Positions 50,795-64,000 of a stretch of DNA of 64,000 bases are shown piece after piece. The DNA is from Octopus vulgaris (Eukaryota), in contig OX597821.1 in the NCBI GenBank assembly GCA_951406725.2, positions 65,720,001-65,784,000 on the forward strand. The letters are read 5' to 3'. A program made the translations under genes and the position numbers. The first letter of the stretch is position 1. Every line of letters begins with the position of its first letter. The notes beneath the pieces are model-generated. The model did not search any database. It was not told the DNA's origin and saw nothing but the letters and a program-made list of their open reading frames with translations.

Positions 50795-52422
50795 CATAAT
50801 TCCTCATCTCTTAAATATAGAACTGGTACTTAATTTATTGATCTCAAAAGGATGGAAGGCAAAGCCGAAACCTGGTGGCACTGAAACTCTAAACATAAAA
50901 TCAGAAGAAACGCTGCTAAGTATTTTCTATCCAGTCTGGTGACACTTCTACCAATTTGCAGCCTTAGTGCCAAAATAAATATCTTTAGGTATTTTGTCCA
51001 AATCACTAAATGATCCAGTCAATGCACCACCCTCAATAGAGAATAAGCAAGACAGACCAATGTGAAGTATTAGAAAGAGAGTGTGATGTGCAAAAAAACA
51101 AACATCACTGCTCCAGCATGGCCTCAGTCAAATGACTGAAACAAGCAAAAGAGTATCATATATAAAGTGATGGAACATGTTTGTGTGTGTGTGTGTCATA
51201 GAGACAGAGAGAGAGAGAGTGAGTGAGAGAGAGTTTGGTAGAGACTGCTATCATGATGGTATTCATTTACTGTCCACTTTTCCAGGTTTGCAAGGGACAA
51301 ATAGAATTTGTTAAGGTGAATTTTCAATGTTTGGGTGCCTTTCCTGTCACCAACCTTCACCTGTTTCTGAGCAAGGTAACATTTTTCCATACCTAGACAT
51401 GTTTTTTTTTTTGGAAGACTGGAAAACAAACAAAACCTCACCTGTACGATGATGATGATGATGCTCGCTTGCAAGCATCATGTGATGTCAAGACATGGGA
51501 ACACACACACACACACACTTATGAGGGGCTTCTTACCAAATCCACTTGCAAGCTTTGGTTCATTTCGGGGTGCTGTATAAGAAGACACTTGCCCAAGGTA
51601 CCATGCAGTAGGATTGAACCCAAAACTGTACGAATGGGAAGCAAGCTTCTTAAGCACACAACCACAACATGCAGATAAATAATGGACTAGACTATACAGA
51701 AAGCAAACATACAGACAGGCAGAACCACAAGCACGCAGACAAAGCAAAATGAGGATTTATTGCCAAAAGCACAAGGACAGAAATTTAAATCCATTCTAGC
51801 ACTTGATTGGTGCTTTATCAACCCTGAAAGGATGAAAAGCAAAGAGACAAACTCGGAGGAATTTGAACACCAAATAACTAAATACCACATAATATTTTCT
51901 CCGAATTACTTAGAGATTCTACACTCTTAGACAATTCCGTTTAGCAATTTACTACTCTCAGTCTGCCACTCTTAGAGAAACTAAAATCACAGATGACGTA
52001 GATGAACAAAGCAGAATTCAGATGTACAGAAGAGAAATGGTGAAGAGAGTCTGCAAGCGCCGATCACATATAGATTCCCTCTTTCACACACACACACAGA
52101 GACATAGATGTATTAAAAACACTACATCAATATCAACAACCCACCACCATCACCACCACTACTACTACAATGGCAACCATTCACTGTTACAGTCTGCTGG
52201 GTTGGAATGACACAGCATCTGAACATGACAACATCAGCACCATTATAATTGGTCAGTCAGTGTATCACCTGCTTATGTCTAGACACATCACAAGGACAAA
52301 CTATGTAATTTGGCCCACACAGTCACTAAGCCTAGACACTTCAATAACAGCTCACATGACAATGCAATGATACTAACATGTGCTGCCACGACAAATATCT
52401 ATATACAAATATATATACATAC

Positions 52423-52464
<42 letters not shown>

Positions 52465-52685
52465 CATACACACACACACACACACAAACACACACACGCG
52501 TGCACACACATACACACACACACATATGTATATGAATGTAGATATATAGAAAGGTAGCAGACAGGCAAACAGGTATATAGACAAATAGGAAAAAAGATAG
52601 ATAGATAGATAGATCTACAAACATACACACATAATCAACACACCACAGGATCCTACAAATCAGTGTATATACCTAACCACAACAA

Positions 52686-52940
52686 CATCATCATCATCAT
52701 CGTTTAACGTCCATTTTCCATGCCAGCATGGGTTGGACGGTTCAACCAGGGTCTGGGAAGCCAGGAGGCTGCACCAGGCTCCAGTCTGATCTGGCAGTGT
52801 TTCTACAGCTGGATGCCCTTCCTAATGCCAACCACTCCGTGAGTGTAGTGGGTGTTTTTTATGTGCCACCGGCATGGGGGCCAGAGAGGGCTGGCAACGG
52901 CCACGATTGTTTGGTGCTTTTTACATGCCACTGGCACAGG
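52686..52940 (-). mobile_element. Retroposon family B
   Basis: Same body and tail. Confidence 0.8.
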
Positions 52941-53487
52941 TATCACAACTACAATTTCTATTTGAATTTTATTTTGATGTTGATGTTGATGTACTTGACT
53001 CAATAGGACTCCTCAAGCACAGCAGGTTGCCTTATGATCCAAGGTAAGCACAGCAGGTTGTCCTACAATCCAAGGTACTTTGAATGGGCTGGGGCTGGTT
53101 ATGTGGAGCTGGTGTAAGATACACTGTAGACTCGCTTTATTTGTCGGGTCTTCACAGTCACAGCATATCTCCAGAGGTCTCAGTCTTTCGTCATTGCCTC
53201 TGTGAGGCCCAACGCTCAAGGTCTTGGTCTTTCATCATTGCCTCTGTGAGGCCCACAAAAATACTACAACTCTATCACACACACACACACACCTACAAAG
53301 CCATTACACCACAAAACTACAGCACCGACACGTACCTAGAAGTACAACACACCGCATTAATGCTACAACTTAAACACCTCTCAAAAATTCTTACAATACC
53401 ACAAGTGTACACTCACACACACACATACACCACAAACACACATGTAAACTAAGGAACAAGAATAAGAAAAGTAGGGAAGTAACTTAC

Positions 53488-53575
53488 GGACTAAAATGGC
53501 TGTTGAATTATCGAAGGGATCAAAGGCACACAACCCTGGGCTAGGTTCACTACTTTTTAGTTCCAAGGTATCAAT
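53488..53575 (-). CDS. Sema2a: Semaphorin exon A (Sema domain): IDTLELKSSEPSPGLCAFDPFDNSTAILV
   Basis: Acceptor TTGCAG|ATT, donor C|GTAAGT; 88 nt, phase 0 to 1. GLCAFDP..NST matches the Sema G.CP(Y/F)DP..NST motif. Confidence 0.9.
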
Positions 53576-53993
53576 CTGCAATAGAAGAAAGCAACATTAA
53601 TATAACATTCTCAAAGCAAGACACCTGTGCTCGTCCCTCTCAACACCTGGCTTAAAACCACCACCCTCTCCCTAATACTCTCTCTCTGCCACCAAATGAG
53701 GGTTTTGTATTTTATTTATCCTTTTTTTACTCTTTTTCTGTCATGAAACTTATTTGGCACCAAATAAAAGCACTCAATATACACTGTAATGTGGTTGGCA
53801 TTAGGAAGAGCATCCAGCCATCGAAACTATACCGAAGCTGACACTGGAACTTGGTTCACCTGATTCTGTCAAACTGTCCAACCCATACCAATGTGAAGAA
53901 CAAACATTAAATGATGATGGCAATGATGATGAGACAAACATGTCACGTACCACACACACACTGGCACATACATTTACAGATGCATAAAAACAC

Positions 53994-54341
53994 ATGGCTG
54001 TGTGGTAAGTAGCTTGCTTACGAGCCACATAGTTCCGGGTTCATTCCCACTGCATGGCACCTTGGGCAAGTGTCTTCTACTATAGCCTCGGGCTGACCAA
54101 TGCCTTGTGAGTGGATTTGGTAGACAGAAACTGAAAGAAGCCCATCGTATATATGTATGTATATATCTATATGTATATGTGTGCGTTGTACCCCCAACAT
54201 CGCTTGACAACCAATGCTGGAGTGTTTACATCCCTGTAGCAAAAGAGACTGTTAGGATAAGTACTAGGCTTACAAAGAATAAGTCCTGCGGTCGATTTGC
54301 TCGACTAAAGGTGGTGCTCCAGCATGGCGAAGTAAAAGAGT
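53994..54341 (+). mobile_element. SINE family A
   Basis: Matches the other copies. Confidence 0.8.
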
Positions 54342-54346
54342 AAACA

Positions 54347-54377
<31 letters not shown>

Positions 54378-54963
54378 CTCAAGCTGACAAAAATGAACAG
54401 CTCCATGATACACCATGGTACACAAATGGCTACATGGTTTACTTTCTCTGGTCCTTTGCTCAACCTACGTGAAATAATAACCAAATTTTTTCAAATACCA
54501 CTGGTGGTGATGCAAGTTGGTCTTCTGGTCAAATCAAGGTTGCTAGAATACGAGATGTTTTGGCAGAGCCATTTTGGCATCACTGAAGTGATGCTGCCTT
54601 TTTTGACATCAGATCTTTTAAAGTTTCTCTTGTTTTCTCTCCCTCTCTTTATTTGTGTGTGTGCATCAAGTTACATTTGTATGCATGTGTAGTGTGCATC
54701 TACGTTTGTGTGTGTGTGTATATATATATATATCATCATCAGCATCAGCATCACCATCTTCCATGCATGCACAAGTAGGATGGCTAACAGGAGCTGGCCA
54801 GGTAGAAAAACTACCCTAGGCTACTTGTATCTGTTTTGATAGAAATTTTACAGCTGGATGCTCTTCCTAATGCCAAACACTCCACAGAGTGGAGTCAGTG
54901 CTCTTTATATGGCACTAGCACAGGCAAAGTTAGCTTTGGCAGGATTTTTACAGCTGGATGCCC

Positions 54964-55031
<68 letters not shown>

Positions 55032-55032
55032 G

Positions 55033-55370
55033 TCATCATCATCGTTTAATGTCCGCTTTCCATGTTTCTATGCTGGCAAGGATTGGACAGTTTGACTGAG
55101 GGCTGGTGAGCCAGAAGGCTGCACCAAGCTCCAATCTGATCTGACAAAGTTTCTATAGCTGGATGCCATTCCTAACGCCAACCACTCCGAGAGTGTAGTG
55201 GGTGCTTTAACGTGCCACTGGCATGAGGGCAAGTCAGGCAGTATTGGCATCAACCACACTCAAATGGTGCACAGGAGCCAGTCAGGCAACACTGGCAACG
55301 ACCATGCTCAAATGGTGCTTTTTATGTGCCATCTGCACAGGAGCCAGTCAGGTGGCACTGGCAATGATCA
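55033..55370 (-). mobile_element. Retroposon family B with tandem units
   Basis: Same body plus ~60-bp units. Confidence 0.8.
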
Positions 55371-56318
55371 TGATACACATATATAATTTCTTTCTCCCTC
55401 TCTTTCAACTTGTGTGTGTATGTGTTTACCTCCAATACCAAAATGCACTATCACCAAAACAGTTTGTCAGTGCCTATATAGTCACACCAAACTGTCACAC
55501 TCCAAAGAAACGATGTTTCTATCAAATGTAATCTTTATAACCAACTTAACGTGGATGCCTTGTCAGAAGAGCAAATACTGCATTATTAGCCTTGAGAGAT
55601 GCTCTCATATAGGCATTTGGTGCATAAAAACACACATAGAGATTGTAGCAGACAAAATCTGTCTGTCATGGGTGCCAGAATTTCCAAATCACGTGATTTC
55701 GATCTCTTGGACCTCCTCAGTGGGAAGCACTGGTCACCTCACGCCAGTCAGATCTTATTGCTATGATATACAGAATTTCAGTTTCATTTCAGACACTGAT
55801 ATTGCAAATAGCCAGCAGGTTTATTAAAAATAAATTATTAGTGATGAAAGCTGTATTTAGACTAAAATGTGATCTTTATATCCAACTTAACATGGATATT
55901 TTGTAAGAACACTGAATACTAAATTTGCAGCCTCGAGAGATCCATTAGTTTTTCTAAATAAGTGATACTATCTGACAGTTCAACCTCCAGCCTGAAGTAT
56001 CATACTTTGTTTAAAGATGAGAGAAAACTTGAACTCAGAATGCACATGCACCTGCAATAGATGCAACTCTGCATCATGCCTGACACTAAGAGTTCTGCTC
56101 ATCTACTGTCCTGGAACTGGTAATTTTCATTTAATTGACTCTTGAAAGAATAAAAGGTAAATCTGGCTTTAGTAGGATTTGAACACACAGCACAAAGAGT
56201 CGGAACAAATATTATAAGGCATTCTATTCAACATTCTAATGACTAATCAATTCACTGTTTTATATCCCATGATAACATAGCAAATTCATAACTTTTTACA
56301 TCTACAACAACACTGAAG

Positions 56319-56720
56319 TCATCATCATCATCATTGTTTAACGTCCGCTTTCCATGCTGGCATGGGTTAGACGGTTTGACTGAGAACTGGTGAACCAGAG
56401 GCTGCACCAGGCTCAATCTGATCTGGCAATGTTTCTACAGCTAGATGCCCTTCCTTATGCCAACCACTCCAAGAGTGTAATGCATGCTTTTACGTGCCAC
56501 TGGCATGAGGGCCAGTCAGGTGGTTCTGGCAACGACCATGCACAAAGGTGATTTTACGTGCCACCTGCACACGTCCAGCGGCACTGGTAACAACCATGCT
56601 CAAATGTTGTTTTTCATGTGCCACTGGCAAATGTGCTGGTAAGGCGACACTGGCAGCGATCATGCTCAGATGGTGCATTTCACATGTCACTGGCACGAGT
56701 GCCAATCAGGTGGTACTCTC
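56319..56720 (-). mobile_element. Retroposon family B with tandem units
   Basis: Same body plus ~60-bp units. Confidence 0.8.
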
Positions 56721-56905
56721 ATCGGACACGTCAGTGACTTTGATTTGTTTACGCCTGCTTCAATAGGTCCTTCACAAGCAAAGCTCAGTGTCCAATGAAT
56801 GAGGGGTACTCGTAGGTGGGCCAGTTACACCCCACGTTCGGATGTGCTTCAGTTAAGTGTTACGATATCATCAACATTTTAAAAGTTTCATGATATGTAT
56901 GTATG

Positions 56906-57127
56906 TATGAGGGGGTTCTGAAAAGGTCCTGGCTTTAAGGGTAACATGAATGGCCTGGTTGGAGGCCCAACCTTCCGAATTCTTTTACAGGGCTTAGAAA
57001 AACTGAAGGACCGCTGCTATAAGTATGTAAATCTGAGAGGGAAATATGTTGAATATAATCATAATTAAGTGAACCCTCCTGTATTTTCTTTTACCCAAAG
57101 ACAGGAACTTTTCAGCACACCCCTGTA
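56906..57127 (+). mobile_element. Mariner-derived MITE (internal deletion derivative)
   Basis: TA-bounded TIRs GAGGGGGTTCTGAAAAGGTCCTGGCTTT / AAAGACAGGAACTTTTCAGCACACCCCTG; retains a transposase C-terminus (QGLEKLKDRCYKYVNLRGKYVE*). Confidence 0.78.
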
Positions 57128-57237
57128 TATGTAGATGGGTAGTTAGATAGATAGATAGAAAAATAGCTTGCTAGCTAGACAGGTAGATAGATAGATACAG
57201 AGATAGATAGATAGATTAAAGATGATAAATAGATAGT

Positions 57238-57268
<31 letters not shown>

Positions 57269-57935
57269 ATAGATAGATAGATAGATAGATAGATAAAAGA
57301 TGATAGATAACAAATAGACGGATAGATTGACAAATAGACAGACAGACAGACAAATAGATAGATTAAAGATGATAGATAAACAGAGAAACAGACAGACGAA
57401 TAGACAGATGTGGCAGTATCTCTTACACTACTACATCTCCATCATAGATAGTGTTGTCACTTCAGTTGTGGTTAATAATAATAATAATTTTCATTTTAAC
57501 ATCTAGACAGCAATAATATATTACTTCAACAACAAAATCTCATTTCTCAATCCTTATTAACTTTTTCAGAGTTTGAAATGAGATTTTAATTTATTTTCGC
57601 AACAAATGAATTGTAATGAAATTAGATGCAGCAACACAGCATGTATGTATACACCTACATATGCATACATACATACATATATATATACATATATATCATC
57701 CTCATCATTGTTTAACGTCCGTTTTTCCATGCTGGCATGGGTTGGGTGGTTTGACCAGGGTCTGGGAAGCTAGGAGGCTGTGCCAGGCTCCAGTCTGATC
57801 TGGCAGTGTTTCTACAGCTAGATGCCCTTCCTAATGACAACCACTCCATGAGTGTAGTGGGCGCTTTTTATATGTCACCGACATGGGGTATCTTAACTGC
57901 AATTTCTATTTGATTTTTCTTTTGATGTTGGTGTT

Positions 57936-57986
<51 letters not shown>

Positions 57987-58003
57987 TATAAATATATATG
58001 TAT

Positions 58004-58400
58004 ATCATCATCATCATCGTTTAACGTCCATTTTCCATACTAGCATGGGTTGGATGATTTGACTGAGGGCTGGCAACCAGATGGCTGCACCAGGCTCCAG
58101 TCTTGATCGGGCAGAGTTTCTACAGCTGGATGCCCTTCCTAACACCAACCACTCCGAGAGTGTAGTGGGTGCTTTTTACGTGCCACTGGCACAGGAGCCA
58201 GTCAGGTGGTACTGGCAATGACCTCGCTCGAATCTTTTTACACGTGCCACCGACGCAGGTGCCAGTGAAGCGACGTTGGTAACGACCACGCTCGAATGGT
58301 GCCCTTTTATGTGCCACGGGTACGGAAGTCAGTTGGCTGCTCTGGCAATGATCACAACGATCACGCTCGGATGGTGTTGTTGGCACCCTACTAGCACAAG
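58004..58400 (-). mobile_element. Retroposon family B with tandem units
   Basis: Same body plus ~60-bp units, CpG-rich (young copy). Confidence 0.8.
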
Positions 58401-58434
58401 CATAAGTGCCAGTAAGGGGATATATATATATATA

Positions 58435-58617
58435 AAATAATGAGGGAGATAAATTAATATTAATTTTAATATCAATTTAAAACCAGTAGTCCAGCATACA
58501 AAAATCTGAGGAGTCAGAGAAAATTCTAATATATGTGTATATTGGCAGGGCTTACTGCTGGACTACTGGTTTTAAATTGATATTAAAATTAATATTAATT
58601 TATCTCCCTCATTATTT
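58435..58617. repeat. About 60-bp perfect inverted repeat
   Basis: AAATAATGAGGGAGATAAATTAATATTAATTTTAATATCAATTTAAAACCAGTAGTCCAGCA and its exact reverse complement, separated by about 60 nt. Confidence 0.9.
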
Positions 58618-58818
58618 AAATATTGAAATAAATACGTTCTCTAGTAATAAGCACGAACCGCAGTGAATTATTTACTGCAGCCCTTCGCCTCAGAAACTTA
58701 TTAACGCGCCAGAACCAAGACATTTGAAATTTTATCACTAGTGTAATCGGTAAAGCTACACACGTGTCTGTACTGGCACGTAAGCTGGGTTAGCTTTTCC
58801 GTTTACATTACTATGAAC

Positions 58819-58895
58819 GGATGCACTGAAGAAGCACGGACATTTGGATTGCATAAGTAATTCTCTTGTTAAGGCTGAAACCGAGGTATGCATTT
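58819..58895 (+). ncRNA. Type-I hammerhead motif inside an inverted-repeat element
   Basis: GGATGCA CTGAAGA AGC...GCT GAAAC CGAG GTA TGCATTT. 7-bp stem I, intact core, GUA triplet. Confidence 0.62.
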
Positions 58896-59404
58896 AATTC
58901 TGTTTTTTATATAAATTTTCATCTGTCATGCCCGCCAAAATTGGTTCTGGTGTTCGCTGTATTTTTCCTCTAGAGAATTTCCTTGTAGTTTGACCGTTGA
59001 TGGTCTATTTCTAGCATACGGCCGACTCCCTAGCAGTAAGCCCTGCCAATATACATATATATATATATATATACACACACACATTCTTTCTCTCTTTCTC
59101 ATTCTACCTCTCTTTGTATGTGTGTGTATGTGTTTGTCTCCGATACCAAAATGCACTGTCACCAAAACAATTTGTCAGTGTCTGTATAGCTGCACCCGAC
59201 AGCTACTTCTTTATACAGCTGTCCTCATCTATATGTATCACTTTTTCATTCCAGTTTTCTTTCTTGAACACAATTCTTGACTTCTCTTGTGCACAGTTTT
59301 TTCTATTAATATATTTTTACTTTTTCATTTATGCACCCTCACAATGGATATTCAAGAAAGCCTACAAGCTTGATTTACTTCCAGTTTTCTCAAAACATCT
59401 GCAT

Positions 59405-59806
59405 TTAACCCTTTCGATACCAGCCCGTCTACAACTGCCTTTTGCTCTGTAGTACAAATAGCTTGTTTCATGTGTTTTGAATTAAAATCTTCCACCAAAC
59501 CTTAGTCATAATTTATGTTCATAAAACTAGCATAATGATAACTAAGTTATTTTACTAAATTCTTTGTCATTGTCGTCGTCATCATCATCGTTTAACGTCC
59601 GCTTTCCATGCTGTCATGGGTTGGATGATTTGACCGAGGACAGGCAAACCTGATGGCTGCACCAGGCTCTAATCTGATCTGGCAGACTTTCTACAGCTGG
59701 ATGCCCTTCCTAATGCCAACCACTCCGAAAGTGTAGTGTTATATTTAAAATTAATTGAAAGATACACAGAGCATCTCAAAATGAATATGGTAAATGAAAA
59801 GATTAA
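59405..59806. mobile_element. TTAA-bounded (piggyBac-type) MITE with nested family-B element
   Basis: TTAACCCTTTCGATACC ... GGTAAATGAAAAGATTAA; B-family insert at about 59568-59738. Confidence 0.65.
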
Positions 59807-59809
59807 AGA

Positions 59810-60504
59810 CCAGGTCTCAAAAGACATGAGGAATCACATGGTAGTGAGATAATTCTAACACAAGCATCATACATTCTACCATACATGCAGAGGGGAAAAG
59901 GCCTTTATTGCAGCAGCTGCAGTACTTTTCCACTCTGTTCTTACCATGGCTACTCTGCTTCCAAAGCAACCGCATCCTCTACTAATTACCTCTCCTAGGT
60001 AACAAAAGATATCGACCACTTCTAGTGAGCCATCCAAGCATCTAACAGAATTTATTTCTGGTGTGCTCTGAGTAAATATTGCTCCAGTACATTTATCACT
60101 ATTGAAGCTTACTTTCTTTGCAATTCCACTGCAGCTCTTGTGTATCCATAGTTTACATTATGTACAGCATATAGAGTGTGTATCTATTCCTTTTCTGTAT
60201 AGTGAGCAAGACCATTTTCTTGAAGGTACCAGAGTCCTGTTTTTACTTCTTCTCTGTTTACCAAAATCTTAGTTTTTGGTAAGGCCTCATGATTCTAGGT
60301 TTAGCTTCCATACCTGGAATTTCCTCTCTGATTCATTTATAGATTTGATTCATTTATAGATTCAGCTATGAAAACTAAAACCATCAGCATCCAGAAGTTG
60401 CTGTGGGCATCTAATCTTGAACTCCCTTGAGATGGCATATAGGGCTACGCTGAACAGGAAGGGACTGAGGACTCACCCTTGATGGACTCCTACTTCCATG
60501 CAAA
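59810..60504 (-). mobile_element. RTE-like LINE RT fragment with internal PHD-like Cys/His finger (decayed)
   Basis: EVGVHQG*VLSPFLF...ISREF...CPQQLLDAD, then KWSCSLYRKG..THSICCT*CKLWIHKSCSGI, then LEVVDIFCYLG. Multiple stops and frameshifts. Confidence 0.8.
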
Positions 60505-60516
60505 ATTCATCACTGC

Positions 60517-60550
<34 letters not shown>

Positions 60551-61370
60551 GTCCAGAAATGTCTGGCTTTAAGCCAATGCTAGAAAACGATCTTATTTTC
60601 ATATTTATTACAATTCTTAGCTTACAGCTATCATCATCATCATCATCATCATCGACATCATTCTTACCATTATCATCATGAACATCATTCTTACCACCAC
60701 CACCACAACCATCATCATCATCATTACTATTATTATCATCTCCTAATTGTTTAGCCATGTATGGTTTGTACATTGTGTATTTTGATTACTTTTTTTTTTT
60801 TGCATATAATCATTAAAAAACTTTTCTTTTTTTTTTTTTTTTTGAGCGTACTATTGTCCTAGTCTTGGGAATTTGGTTTGTCTGGAGAGTTCTATTGTAT
60901 TAAATCACTCTCAGATAAATAATTCATTATTCTAAATATATTTATTTATTTATTGCTCTGTGAAAGAATTTAAAATTTCATTAACTGTGAGCATATTAAC
61001 GACAGTGCTGACTAATTAATGTTCTTCTCTTTCAGTCTGCTTCTCATTTTAGCACTTAATTTCTCAAAACCATCAACATTCATTTATTTCATAATTTTTC
61101 TTGATATATGTGATGTAAATATACGTGTGTGCCCATGCGCACATGCATATCTTATATATACATACAGACATATACATGTGTGTGTGTGTGTGTGTGTTTA
61201 TATATGTCTGTGTTTATCTTTCACCAGTTAATAATGAGTGTTGGTTTGTTCTAGTAACTCACACACACATGCATGCATGCATGTGTGTGCCATAGTCATC
61301 ATTTAACATCTGTTTTTCATGCTGGCATTTATATGAATGCATGTTTGTGTATATACACACGCATGCATGC

Positions 61371-61428
<58 letters not shown>

Positions 61429-61561
61429 GCACACACAGACACAGACACAGACACACACACACACATAGCTATATAAATTTGGTGATGCAAACAGGAAAAA
61501 TAGATTTGTTAAGTGCTAACACATGAAACTCTCAGCCAGAACCATTCTGTCGCTTCTGTTA

Positions 61562-61596
<35 letters not shown>

Positions 61597-61865
61597 TGTA
61601 TATATATACATGTTCCAACCCATTCCGATATAGAAAATGGACGTTAAAGGACAATGATATATATATATCTCATCATTTAACATCGTTTCTTGATACTGGC
61701 ATGAGTTGGACAGTCTGACAGATGTTGGCAATTTAGAGAGCTTCACTAGGCCCCAATTGTCTGTTTTGGCATGGTTGTTATGGCTGGATGATCTTCCGAA
61801 TGCCAACCACTTTATAGACTGTACCGGGTGTTTTTTATGTGGTGCCAGTGCACATATGTGTGTGA

Positions 61866-61916
<51 letters not shown>

Positions 61917-62064
61917 CATAAACATATATATGCAAAAACTTATTGTTAACAAAAGTTGGGATGCATGGTGTTCAGTTACTCAATAAATGAAAAATGCATT
62001 AAATACTACAAAATATACACGTAGGACAGATGCAGAAGGACCCTAATTCTTCATCATTTATTGA

Positions 62065-62253
62065 CTAAAAGGCAAAGGCTGAGACAGCTTGACACCTGTG
62101 ACGTCGTAACTTATTTCTACAGCTGAGTGAACTGGAGCAACATGAAATAAAGTGTCTTGCTCAAGAACACAACACGCAACCTGGTCCGGGATTCGAACTC
62201 ACAACCTCACGCTCATAAGCTCGACACTCTAACCACTGAGCCATGCGCCTTCA
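62065..62253 (-). mobile_element. SINE family D
   Basis: Head GAAGGCGCATGGCTCAGTGGTTAGAGTG...GAGTTCGAATCCC is strongly tRNA-like and runs into the SINE body. Confidence 0.8.
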
Positions 62254-62264
62254 CAAACATATAT

Positions 62265-62479
<215 letters not shown>

Positions 62480-64000
62480 AGCATGTTTTTATGACCATCA
62501 TTTTAACATCCAGTTTTTCATACTTGTAGGGGCCAGATAGAAGTTGTTGAGGTAGATTTTCTATGTCCGTACACCCTTCTTGCTTGCCAACCTTCATTTG
62601 TTTCCAAGTAAGATAGTATTTCCTCAGGATCAATATGCTTTCATGGTAGACTGAAATTGAAGACGCTGCTTGCAAGATGGTGATACTAACATATGACTTC
62701 AAGACATGGTGACAGTGTCATACATACACATTCATATATAGACACAAACATGCACATATGCCAGTATCATGTAAAATGCACTTGTGCTGGTGGCACACGA
62801 AGAACACCCAGCACACTCTGTAAAGTGGTTGATGTTGGGAAGAGCATCCAGCCATTGAAACCAAACCAAAACAGACAATTGGGGCCTGGCTGGCCAGCTC
62901 TAGTCAAATGGTCCAATCCATGCCAGCATGGGAAACGGACATTAAATGATGATGACAATGGCATACGCACAATGGGTAGCTTTCAGCTTCCATCTACCAA
63001 ATGTATTCACAAGGTTTTGGCCAGCCTGGGGCTATATTACAAGACACTTTCCCAAGATGCCATGCAGTAGGACTAAATGTGAAAACCATGTGCTTGGTAA
63101 TCAACCTTCTTACTATAAAACCATGCATGCACCAATATCTGTCTATGTATGTCTCTGTATAAATGAGAGACTGGCGATGTGCATGTAAGTCAAGGGATGT
63201 ATGAACAAGTGGTGTATAGTGGTTGTTGAGGTGGGTGTGCTGCCACACCCAATGCTACCAAATTTCAAGCAGGGTTAAAACAAAAGTTTTCCATTAAAAT
63301 TTGGGTTTAAATTAATGGGTGAGGTTAACATTTTCAATGGGTATGCAGCACACATGTAGTACACTTGGAATATAGGCCCCTGGTATGAATGTATTTATGT
63401 CCTGGCTATGGCTTAAAACTGCATCTGATTTTGAGGTTCCAGTCTGGGAGATCTGGAATTGTGAGGAGCATATGAAGTCACCTCTTAATTACCATTTCTT
63501 CCAGGCTTGTTCTAACCTTCAATGGTAGCACCTCTCATGGTCCAATCTATTGTTCTAAATAAATTTTCCCAGGAGCAGAGTAGGCTTCACTTATTTATTG
63601 ACAAGACAGTTGGGGAACACAGCTCTTTTAAGAGATAGTTCAAATTAACAGAAAACAAAAGACAAAGGCAGGTGAAGGAACAGCAAGCAGGTGTATTAGT
63701 TTAATGCTCTGGAAGAATGAAAATGTCTTTGACATTTCGAGCCTACACTCTTCGACAGAGAAGAGTGAGAGGAAAAATAGTGGAGAAAGAACGAAAAGAA
63801 ATGGAGAGAGAAAAAAATGTGTAAGGAAGATACTGTGACATAAAACTTGCAGTGAAAAGAGTACCAGTAATTTTACAAGTTATCCAAGCTTTTGTTACTT
63901 AAATTCAATGATGCACAAATGTCTCACTATAATTTCTGACAAGATGAGGCCATTATCATGTATTTCTGTGAGCAAATTAAGGCAATTGTAATATGCAAGA

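Noticed and set aside
62180-62253. tRNA-like sequence
   Set aside because: It runs directly into the family-D SINE body and has many diverged copies, so it is a SINE head and not a tRNA gene.

Overview
This is AT-rich, microsatellite-dense eukaryotic DNA, not prokaryotic. Its SINE and repeat landscape resembles a coleoid cephalopod (Octopus-like; inference). The window holds most of one minus-strand gene, a secreted class-2 semaphorin (Sema-PSI-Ig plus the class-2 WCxxFExYK tail). I reconstructed it by hand as 13 GT-AG exons from 53575 down to 1. They join in one open frame of about 536 codons; the 5' exons and the stop codon lie outside the window. Introns are filled with three tRNA-headed SINE families, a (GAT)n-tailed retroposon family, CR1/RTE LINE relics, mariner/hAT/piggyBac-type MITEs, a decayed 5S rRNA copy and many microsatellites. 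Almost all ORF-track entries are microsatellite or SINE artefacts. The most notable unannotated signal is about a dozen minimal type-I hammerhead-ribozyme motifs of several sequence families. About nine cluster at 9.2-18.5 kb, and several lie on the sense strand of the semaphorin pre-mRNA. There are also foldback structures of the kind seen with Penelope-like elements. The semaphorin itself shows paired loss of conserved disulfides in both its PSI and Ig domains.
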